Of a stretch of DNA of 64,000 nucleotides, positions 13,252 through 25,400 are shown one piece after another (positions within the stretch are counted from its first letter, which is position 1; each line of letters begins with the position of its first letter). This DNA is from Octopus sinensis (Eukaryota). The notes under the pieces were generated by a model, which was given only the letters and a program-made list of their open reading frames with translations, had not been told where the DNA came from and ran no database searches. A program made the position numbers and the translations under genes. The stretch covers positions 21,204,001 to 21,268,000 of the forward strand of contig NC_043023.1 of NCBI RefSeq assembly GCF_006345805.1. Direction: 5' to 3'.

Positions 13252-13451
13252 TCACTTTGCGTCTAATGACAGACATTCCATCGCAGTGAAACATTCAGCT
13301 TCTTCAAGAGCTGCACTTAATGTTGCGTGTGTCCGTGTTTCTGGGTCGCAATTTTTGAACCATTCACGAAGCATCAGGTAACCTTGTTTTACAGTGTCAA
13401 TAGACTCATCATCAATTTTCAGTTCAGTTGTATCAACTCCTAAAAAAATAG
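13252..13451 (-). CDS. Terminal exon: Death domain helices 2-6
   Basis: Acceptor tttgcAG at 13453-13452. Encodes (A)IFLGVDTTELKIDDESIDTVKQGYLMLREWFKNCDPETRTHATLSAALEEAECFTAMECLSLDAK-stop, matching the Death-fold pattern LG...ML..W.....T...L..AL. Candidate AATAAA at 13009-13004. Confidence 0.88.
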
Positions 13452-16400
13452 CTGCAAAAGACACAACAATAAGAAATAATTGCAACAACATTGACAATAA
13501 CATAAAACGCTGTGTACTGTAGGTTGTTAGGAATATAACAAACAAACTTTATCATTAGAGAAATCAAAAAAGAAATAGCTAAGAAACAGGAAAAATATAA
13601 GACATTGTTTTCTATTGACAAAAATAACAAAGAGTTTGAATTAAACGAGATTTTTAAAGAAAATTAATTGAAAATTATACTTGAGAAAATATATGGTAAA
13701 CGAGGGCAGGAAAACTTTTGTGAAGGCAAAAGTATATCAGAACCTCAAGAATTAACATTGACCTCCAACAGTGAAAGCATATGATCCATCCATTTCCTCT
13801 GCTCAATATTCTTGAAAGGGCTGTGGGGAAAGAGTCCTCAGGCACCTCCTCCATAGGGTCCTATCAGAAGCATCCATCATTAGACATTCTGCTTGTATTC
13901 TATGATGTGAAGAACTAAGACTATGGATATCATCCAACCATTTCTTTCTTGGCCTCCCCCTCGGTATCCTGTTCCATTGGTTTGACTTTGAGAACATGTC
14001 CTGTAATTCATTCCTGCAACACCCTGATCACATGTCCGAGGTACCACAGATGTGGAGGAGACGTGGCTCAACCTGGAGAGACTCCCAGATCTCTGAACTA
14101 TAAATCCTATTGAGTAACATTACTCCAAAGACCCTTTAGAGGAATCCCATATATCTGTCTTATTCTGGTAGATTTCAGACCTGGTATTCAAAGGGTCATG
14201 AAAGTACTGTCCCTCTGTGCCATCTACTACCTTGCAAAGTTCCCAAGAGGACACTAAAAATCGAATGATCAGTGATTGTCCAACAGTCGATAATTCTAAG
14301 TCAAATTCAACCCATTTCAAACTTCTCCAATGAACTCCAGGTTCAATCAATTCTACAGAGCCTATTCAGTTATTATTATGTCAGTCTCAATGAGAGATGC
14401 CACCTCCAGTTCATTTTCTGGTAAATTCCCTTAAAGGAATTCTCTGTTTTCGCCTGAGGAGAATGATAGGATTTCGCTGTGTCACCTTTATTAAATCTCT
14501 TTTTATTGAAGCATTTACAGACATATGTCATGTGGTAAAGTCATTGCAAAATGGCAATCTAAATTGGAATTATCAGCTTCCAACACAATAACCCAATAAA
14601 TAATGGCTGCAAGAAGAACCAAACTCAAAGTCTTCTGTTTGAAGAAAGATGCTTTGTTTTAGATGTTAACTTTGGTACTTGTCCTTCATTACAATAACCT
14701 AACAGTGAACCTAAAGAAAATGTAAAACAAATTCACTCACCTGTTTACCCTTAAACAATATATTTTAGTTCCCTCTTCCAAAAGATAATATTAAACGCCA
14801 TTTCTATTTTCTAGTTTATCCATTATTACCAACCATGCTAACCTCAGTGGATATTTTATGAAATATCAGGAATATCGTAAATAAAATTGTCATACAGATA
14901 ACCTATCAATGGGAAATGAGGAATGTAACTTGTTCTCATTCATTCTGACAAATAAAATAGATGAGGTGAAAGTAAAATATATAGAAATCAAATATACTCA
15001 CCCACTTGCCACCAATCACTTCCTAACCTCTTAGCCACTCTCATCAGATTCCTCTCCTTCAGAACTGGACTCTCTGAAATAAATATTTCCAAGTTTTACA
15101 ATTATTGTAAAACTTATTTATCTCTATAAATATTCTGTAGTTTATTGTTGTGGGACATTGTTATCATCAGTGGTTGGCTGGTGACCACTAGGGTTTTGCT
15201 CAGTATTTTTATACTTTCCATTGTGGGACCAGGTAATAGCTCAATATTTAGGCCCGCAACAAAATAGACTAACTTTCCGAAACTTTGTTTCTCTTTAACA
15301 GAGACATCCTACATAATCTAACAATGTTGCAATTATTTCATTTAATTATCATTTCATGAGACTGTTTCTTCTCATAGTTCTATCTCTCCTTTCATATATC
15401 TGAACCAAATCTATGACATGCGACTGTCCTCTAAACTCTAGACTTCACTAACCACCATTCTCCTCATCTTCTGCTAAAGTGCAATATCATCCAATGTGGT
15501 CTCCAAAGATCTCGTCACAAATGCATGACACACCACTTCAAGTAAAATAAACGTAATACCAGTTCTCTTTGCTGTTGGAAAATCTTGAATTTTATCATCC
15601 TACATCCCAGATCACCTGGTCATTATCAGATGCAGGGAATATTTTAAGACTCCTTAATAAAGGTGAGCAATGATCAGTTCTCCACAGATGAAACAAAAAG
15701 TGATATCAGGTGTCCTAAAACACTGCACACTTGTACAAAACCCCATTAACTACATACAACTGGACATCTACACATTAATGCAGTGAAGACATCTGAAATG
15801 GTACAAAAGGACTGATACTCAAAAATATATAAGAAACACGGGAATACAAAGTGCGAGCTCCAAATCTTTTATTTTCCAGAATGTTTGGCATATTTATTTC
15901 TTTTAACCCATCTTCGTTCTGTGACATGATCTCAATGCCTTTACTATTATTGCAAAATTAGGTAGTTTACCATCGTCGTAATAGTTTTTCAAGTTTCCCT
16001 TTAAACTTCATCAGGGTTTCTCCTGCTATTTTGACCTTCACTTGTTTCTGCTGACCTTTCACAAATGACGGGCTTCATTACCCATTTGCATTGAAGCACA
16101 TTCTTCACCAAGTTCCTCAGTCTACCCAGTTAATCCAGAACTATTTGCATATCCTTTTATTTGTTGTTACTATTGTTATGTAATCCATTAATGTCTTCTC
16201 GAGTGTTTTCCTTTGAGCCATTTCTTATCAATCTGCTGATTTAAGTAACATCTCCATAACAATCACAAACCAAATGACTGATTTTGTAGAAACTACAGCA
16301 ATTCCCGTTTCAAAATGATACCAGTCTATCGAGAAAGTTTTCCTCATGAACTGCATATTGAAATTGTTATAGCAGCTCCTCATCAGATCCTTAATCTTTT

Positions 16401-19400
16401 CTCATATATAAAACAGGTCCACTGCTTCCATCAACAATTTGTTTGCTAGAGAACCATAAACCAGATGAAATCACACAACATTCAATCCCTTTTATTCTTC
16501 TTTCCGTCTTGTATCACATCCTAGATTTAAGACACATGTTCCACACAGCCTGGAATGCCAGAGGATTCCAGTCTTCAAGATACTTTTAGTCCCATATTCA
16601 TTATTCTGTAGATTTACAGTTGATCTCTTTGTGAGTACAACCTTGTAAATCTTGCCATTTATATTCAAGGTTGAAATTAGTCTGAACTAATCAATTGGTA
16701 TTTGATTGCTGGTTTCAATGGACATTTCAAACTGTCTATGAATGGGAATCACTGCTTTTGCTTTGGATCTCCAGCATATATCCATCCAGTTCATCTTTAT
16801 TGTATTTTAGCTTTCTGTTTTCAGTATCTGCAAACAGAATTTCCGTGTAGAAGTTAAAGAGGAGCGTTTAATTTTGTTGACGACAATTTTTCTAGTGCTT
16901 TTGGAGCAAAATTGTGCCCAAGGCCCTTTTAAAGTGGTTGATGTTAGGAAAGGCACATCACCATAGAAAAGCCGGAATGTGTTCCTCATCCAATCGAGGC
17001 GGACAGTATTTGTTAATAAGAACTGACATGGATAGGAATCATCCATCCAATCGATAGGAGCATAGACAATCAGATGATAAATGATGAGGGTCATCAGTGT
17101 CTATCTTGGAGAGAGAGAGAGAGAGGACGGTTGTCTCAACATCAAACCTAATACTTTTACATGGATAAAGACTATGTTTAGGGTATGCAATGATAAATTT
17201 ATTATCAGTCAAAAAAAAAAGGCAGGGTGTTCACACAAGGAACACATTTCATTGTAAATCTGTCACATTATGAGAGATATTTGCCTAAATAGCAACAACA
17301 GCAATAACCTATCAGTAAACTTAGTAACTACATATTTTAGTCTTCCGTTTTAAGATACAGTATTAATTCTATTGTCTTCTAAATTATCCATTTTCCGAAC
17401 CATGCCAACCCCGTTGGATATTTTGTGAAATTCCATTGATATCAAAATGTCTAATAGAATTATTATACAGCTAATATTTCAGATGTAAATTAGGAATGGA
17501 TCTTGTCCTCAGTCATTCTGATAAACTACAAATACTCAGGTGAAGGTTAAATTTATAGAAATCCATGAGGTACTGTTATTTGCTACTCACTAACTGGCTG
17601 TGATGTTGTTAAGGCATCCTTCACAGAAGTTGGAGTCTTTGAAATGAATATTTTCAAGCTTTACGTTTTATAGTATAATTTCATTATAGTTATTGATAAT
17701 CAACACTTTATTATTGTGGGAAGGGCATACAGCTGTAAAACTAGTTCGTAGGGATGTGGTTGTGTACCCATGTAAAAGTTATGTTTACTTTGAGGGTAAT
17801 AAGGTGTAAAATATTAGATGAGGGTACAAGATAATGCTATGAAACTTTCAGACAGACAAGTTTAAGAGAGTTAATGGATGATAGCTGATTAATTATCATG
17901 TTAATGCAGCGTATAAACACTAACTATCAATATAGATTGTATAAAATCTGTGTGAAGAACATGTGACATTTGTTACAATTAATATGGTTGTGTCTCAGCA
18001 CAGTTGATATTATGGTAGTTCCATGAGAAACCATAGAAAAATGTAACCATTTCCAGTACTGAATACTAATGATGAATTCTTTTCTTGGTCAAATAACAAT
18101 GACCAGGTTCCATGATCTAATTTCAACAGAACAATCAAGTCGGAAGTAAAACCAAAATGTGGAAGACTGAAAACAGTGACTCTCTTACAATTGAAACCAT
18201 CTCAAAGCCAACAATTTTCAGTATAACGATGTCTATATATGGACAGTAAACGTTATACAAACATCGTAACAAGCGATAATTATATATATATAGTTAGAAA
18301 AGTGTTGTAAGTTCAAGTCACACTGGAATCTCATACGTTCATTCCTTTCCATGTATTGCATATGCTAGCATCAATGTTTTGTTCAAATGTGAACATATGT
18401 TCTCTGTTCAATATGAATGTTATCAAAATCACTGAACCGGTTTTCACAATCAATATTATTATACTGAGCTAATATGTTATACCAGACAGGAAACTACTGT
18501 AACAATCTAAGACAAAGAATTATGATGAGTTACTGGAAGACAGCATCATCATCCTCATCATCAATATTCAAAATTTGTTTTCCAAGCTGGAATGGGTTGG
18601 AAATCTTGACAGGATCTGACAAGCCAGACAACTGCACCAGGCCCCAGATGGTTTCTTTTGCATGGTTTTCTACTGTAGGATGCTCTTACTGATGCCAACC
18701 ACCTCACAAAGTGTACGTGGCCCCTTTTTATAAAGCACAAGTACTGGCATATTTAGCCAAAAGACATGTAAGACAAAGACCCCACAGCCAGGAGAGGGGG
18801 TATTGCAAATTTCTCTCCCCGCATCCTGATACTTTTGTCATCACATTCCCTTCTCACCTCCTGAAAATGTCATCAGCTTCAGTGAACCAAAACATCATAG
18901 AATAGTGAGGACCGTCTAATTATATAGAATGTAACACAACTTGATTACTACTTGTGCTATAATTAAATGCTCCCAGAACACACTAGGAAGTGGTTGGTGG
19001 AAACTAGGAAAGATGACACCACAAGTTTGAAAGGAACGTTTGATATTGTTGGGGAATTGATGATCATTTCTAATGCTTGTGCAACAATAAAATATACCCA
19101 GGACCCTTTATAAAGTGGTTGGGGTTAGAAAGGGTCTACCACCTTAGAAAAGCTGCAATGTTTAAGTGAGATGTTTTCCTCAACAAATGACGGTTGGCAG
19201 TAATTTCAGATACAACTGACTTGGACAGTGATGACCCACCTAGTGTATGGGAGCATGGAGAGCAGATGAGAAAAGATGAAGATGATATCATTTATTGTAT
19301 TGAAACTTTTAACCAGCATCTTTCTTGAAAAGACGGAGAGAAAGAGCATGAGTGAGAGAGAGAGAATGAATGAGTACAATGAGATGACAAACAGGGCGAA

Positions 19401-22400
19401 TATTCTCCTTAACGGGAGAGAACCGTTTCAGGGTTTATATTTAATGTTTGTATCTTTCTTTCTGCGAGTGAATGAGTAACAGATGTTTGCATAAAGTACA
19501 TTTATTGGATATTCATGTTGTTGTAGAAGAACAGAATTTCTTTATAGCTAAGCATTCAAATAAAATGTAGCAGTGGTATCTGTTCTCGGTCATTCTATTG
19601 ACCAAAATAGCTCAGTAAAAGCTAAACTTTATAGAAATCAATTATGTAATGTCATTCTATACTCAGCACGTGGCTCTTCTACTGTCTGGACCTCTTTGTC
19701 TTCAAATATTGGCCTTGCTGAAATAAATATTTCCAAGATTATACTTGATTATACTTGTGACCAAATGACAAAATTTACTCTATTGTGTCTTCTAATTTGA
19801 ACATTATTACCAACAGTGCTAACCTCAATGGGTATTTCATAAACTCACAGTAAATCGATATCTTTAATTCAATTATTATACAGATAATCGTTCAATTAGA
19901 AAATAGGAATGGAAGCTGTTTTCAGTTATTCTTTCAAGCACAATATACTCGGGGAAGAAAACCTTACAGAAATCAATTGGGAACTATTATTTTATACTCA
20001 CCTATTACCTGAGATGCAGCCCCTAATTCCTGACATGTAGCCTCTGTTTTTACACGCCTGTCCTCAAACTTTGGAGCCTCTGAAATAAATATTTCCAAGT
20101 TTTACATTTAAAAATAAACTTTCTTTATCTTTATTTTTATTAAACTCTATCTTGTTATTGTGAGACATTCAATTTCTGTCGTTACTGGTCAAATGTTGAC
20201 CATTATGGTTTTGGTCAATATTTCTGTACTTTCTACAGTGGTCCCATGTAATAGCCCAATATGTCCACAATAAAACAGACTAGCATTCCTGAATCCACCC
20301 TCCCCTCCTCTCTCTCTCTCTCTCTAAAAACACATTAAATATTCTAACAATGTTGCAATTATCTCATTTAATTAACACTTGATAACAGTTTTCTCTTAGC
20401 TTTGTCTTTCTTTTCTTATAACTACCAAATCCATGGCATGGCACAGTCCTCTCATCTCTAGAGTTCACTAATCAACTCTCTAATTAAGTAAAACTGAGCC
20501 CATAAAGACATGTCCTTTATGTGCATACCCTCCACTCCGCACACAATCTGTCCCCTAAAAACATCTCCACAAGTCAAATTGCACACATCCTTCCCCAACA
20601 TGATCCCTAACAAAATATAAAATGTAAGGTGAGGGTACATGATGTTCCTATGACAAAATAAGTTTACATTTCAGACATACAACTGTAAGAGAGTTAATGA
20701 ATTATAGCTTATTAATTATCATGATAATTGGGTATATATGTGATACAATGGCACTGTGCTTGACGGTGCAATACTAGATATCAATATAGATTGTATATAA
20801 TCTGAGTAAAGAACATATAGCCTTCATTACAATCAATATGATTGTGTCTCAGCACAGCTAATATTATGGTAGTTCCATGAGCAAACGAAGAAAGATATAA
20901 CCAAGTCCACTGCCAAATACTAATGATTAATTCATTTCCTGGTCAAATAACAATGACCATATTCTATTAAATAATTTGAACCCAACGATGTCAGTGTGCA
21001 CACAATGCAGAGTGAAGAGGCCTGAGAGAAGTGTTAGACATAATAAGTATCAGATGTGGTGTACAAGAGAGACAACTGCACTGGTATGGTCATGTGTATG
21101 GATGAGGAGAGCTGTGGGAGAAGTGTACCACCCCTCACAGTGGAAGGAATCCGTGGAAAGGGGTGACCCAGGAAGACAGGGGATGACGTGGTGAAACGAC
21201 CTTCGAACGTTGGGCCTCACAGAGGTAATGGCAAGAGACAGAGACCTCTGTAAATATGATGTGATTGAGAAGACCCGGCAAGTGAAGTGAGATCAAAGCT
21301 GTAGCCTATACCAGTGTCGCATAACCAGCCCCTTTTAAAAGTACCCTTGAATCACAGAGTGATAAGTTGCGCTTGAGAAGAATTTCTGAATCAAGTAAAA
21401 CCAAAAACCAGAAATCACAAATCAAAATCAAATGAAGATCGAAATCAAAATGCAAATTGTAATTATGGCCGATGCCAGTGCCGCCTGGCTGGCACCCGTG
21501 CCGGTGGCACGTAATAAGTAACATTCAAACGTGTTTTGTGGCCAGTGCCCGCCTGACTGGTTCCCTGTGCTGTTGGCACGTAAAACAGCACCCACTCACA
21601 CTCTCGAAGTGGTTGGCGTTAGGAATGGCATACATATGTGGAAACCTTGCCAGATCACATTGGAGCCTGGCGCAGCCTACTGCCTTGCCAGTGAATTCGT
21701 CCGACTCATGCTACTATGAAGACGGACCGAAAAATGATGATGATGATGCGTTCCGTCACCAAATGACAATATTAACTCTATTGTGTCTTCTAATTTGAAC
21801 ATTATTACCAACAGCATTAACCTCAATGGGAATTTCATAAACCCTCAGTAAATCGATATCTTTAATTCAATTACTATACGGATAATCGTTCAATTGGAAA
21901 ATAGGAATGGAAGCTGTTTTCAGTTATTCTTTCAAGCACAATATACTCGGGGGAAGAAAACCTTACAGAAATCATTGGGAACTATTATTTTATACTCACC
22001 TATTGCTTGAGATGCAGCCCCTAATTCCTGACATGTAGCCTCCGTTTGTACACACCTGTCCTCAAACTCTGGAGCCCCTGAAATAAATATTTCCAAGTTT
22101 TACATTTAAAAATAAACTTTCTTTATCTTTATTTTTATTAAACTCTACCTTGTTATTGTGAGTCATTCAATTCCTGTCGTTACTGGTCAAATGTTGACCA
22201 TTATGGTTTTGGTCAATATTTCTGTACTTTTTACAGTGGTCTCATGTAATAGCCCAATATGTCCACAATAAAACAGACTAACATTTCTAAATCCACCCTC
22301 CCTCTCTCTCGTTCTCTCTCTCTCTCTAAGAATACATTAAATATTCTAACAATGTACCAATTATCTCATTTAATTAACACTTGATAACAGTTTTCCCTTG

Positions 22401-25400
22401 GCTTTGTCTTTCTTTTCTTATAACTGTGCCAAATCTATGGCATGGCACTGTCCTCTCATCTCTAGAATTCCTCTCTAATTAAGTGAAACTGAGCCCATAA
22501 AGACATGTCCTTTATGTGCATACTCTCCACCCCGCACACAATCTGTCCCCTAAAAAACATCTCCACAAGCCAAATTCCATATACCCTTCCCCAACATGAT
22601 CCCTAACAAGGTGAAAAATGTTAAGTGAGGGTACACGATGATGCTATGTCAAAATACGTTTACATTTCATACATACAAATGTAAGGGAGTTAATGAATTA
22701 TAGCTTATTAATTATCATGATAATTGGGTATATATGTGATATAACGGCACTGTGCTTGACAGTGCAATACTAGATATCAATATAGATTGTATATAATCTG
22801 AGTAAAGAACGTATAACCTTCATTACAATGAATATGATTGTGTCTCAGCACAGCTAATATTATGGTAGTTCCATGAGCAAATGAAGAAAGATATAACCAA
22901 GTCCACTGCCAAATACTAATGCTTAATTCATTTCCTGGTCAAATAACAATGACCATATTCTATTAAATAATTTGAACCCAATGATGTCAGTGTGCACACA
23001 ATGCAGAGTGAAGAGGCCTGAGAGAAGTGTTAGACATAAGAAGCATCAGATGTGGTGTACAAGAGAGACAACTGCACTGGTATGGTCATGTGTATGGATG
23101 AGGAGAGCTGTGGGAAGAAGTGTTACACCCTCACAGTGGAAGGAACCCGTGGAAGTGAGGTGACCCAGGAAGACAGGGGATGACGTGGTGAAGCGACCTT
23201 CGAACGTTGGGCCTCACAGAGGTAATGGCAAGAGACAGAGACCTCTGTAAATATGATGTGATTGAGAAGACCCGGCAAGTGAAGTGAGATCAAAGCTGTA
23301 GCCTATACCAGTGTCGCATAACCAGCCCCTTTTAAAAGTACCCTTGAATCACAGAGTGATAAGTTGCACTTGAGAAGAATTTCTGAGTCAAGTAAAACCA
23401 AAAACCAGAAATCACAAATCAAAATCAAATCAAGATCGAAATCAAAATGCAAATTGTAATTATGGCCGATGCCAGTGCCGCCTCGCTGACAACCGTGCCG
23501 ATGGCATGTAATAAGTAACATTCAAACGTTGTTTGTGGCCAGTGCCGCCTGACTGGTTCCCTGTGCCATTGGCACGTAAAAAGCACCATCCGAACGTGGT
23601 CAATACCAGCCCCCACTTCAACTGGCTCCTGTGTGGGTGGCACGTAAAAAGCACCCACCACACTCTCGGAGTGGTTGGCGTTAGGAATGGCATACATATG
23701 TGGAAACCTTGCCAGATCACATTGGAGCCTGGCGCAGCCTACTGCCTTGCCAGTGAATTCGTCCGACCCATGCTACTATGAAGACGGACGTTAAACGATG
23801 ATGATGATTATGATGATGATGATGCGTTCCGTCACCAAATGACAATATTAACTCTATTGTGTCTTCTAATTTGAACATTATTACCAACAGCATTAACCTC
23901 AATGGGAATTTCATAAACTCTCAGTAAATCGATATCTTTAATTCAATTACTATACGGATAATCGTTCAATTGGAAAATAGGAATGGAAGCTTTTTTCAGT
24001 TATTCTTTCAAGCACAATATACTCGGGGGAAGAAAATCTTACAGAAATCAATTGGGAACTATTATTTTATACTCACCTATTGCTTGAGATGCAGCCCCTA
24101 ATTCCTGACATGTAGCCTCCGTTTGTACACACCTGTCCTCAAACTCTGGAGCCCCTGAAATAAATATTTCCAAGTTTTACATTTAAAAATAAACTTTCTT
24201 TATCTTTATTTTTATTAAGCACTACCTTGTTATTGTGAGACATTCAATTCCTGTCGTTACTGGTCAAATGTTGACCATTATGGTTTTGGTCAATATTTCT
24301 GTACTTTCTACAGTGGTCTCATGTAATAGCACAATATGTCCACAATAAAACAGACTAACATTTCTAAATCCACCCGCTCTCTCTCTCTCTCTATCTATCT
24401 CTCTAAGAACACATTGAATATTCTAACAATGTACCAATTATCTCATTTAATTAACACTTGATAAGAGTTTTCTCTTGACTTTGTCTTTCTTTTCTTATAA
24501 CTACCAAATCCATGGCATGGCACTGTCCTCTCATCTCTAGAATTCACTAATCAACATTCCTCTCTAATTAAGTGAAACTGAGCCCATAAAACATGTCCTC
24601 TATGTGCATACTCTCCACCCCGCACACAATCTGTCCCCTACAAGACATCTCCACAAGCCAAATTCCATATACCCTTCCCCCACATGATCCCTAACAAGGT
24701 GAAAAATGTTAAGTGAGGGTACAGGATGATGCTATGACAAAATAAGTTTACATTTCAGACATACAATTGTAAGAGAGTTAATGAATTATAGCTTATTAAT
24801 TATCATGATAATTAGGTATATATGTAATACAATGGCACTGTGCTTGACGGTGCAATACTAGATATTAATATAGATTGTATATAATATGAGTAAAGAACGT
24901 ATAACCTTCATTACAATGAATATGATTGTGTCTCAGCACAGCTAATATTATGGTAGTTCCATGAGCAAACGAAGAAAGATATAACCAAGTCCACTGTCAA
25001 ATACTAATGCTTAATTCATTTCCTGGTCAAATAACAATGACCATATTCTATTAAATAATTTGAACCCAATGATGTCAGTGTGCACACAATGCAGAGTGAA
25101 GAGGCCTGAGAGAAGTGTTAGACATAATAAGTATCAGATGTGGTGTACAAGAGAGACAACTGCACTGGTATGGTCATGTGTATGGATGAGGAGAGCTGTG
25201 GGAAGAAGTGTTACACCCTCACAGTGGAAGGAATCCGTGGAAAGGGCTGACCCAGGAAGACAGGGGATGACGTGGTGAAACGACCTTCGAACGTTGGGCC
25301 TCACAGAGGTAATGGCAAGAGACAGAGACCTCTGTAAATATGATGTGATTGAGAAGACCCGGCAAGTGAAGTGAGATCAAAGCTGTAGCCTATACCAGTG

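Noticed and set aside
15500-16800. Possible very old LINE remnant (also 35150-35520 and 54400-55650)
   Set aside because: Only faint motif traces; family and boundaries cannot be supported without a profile search.
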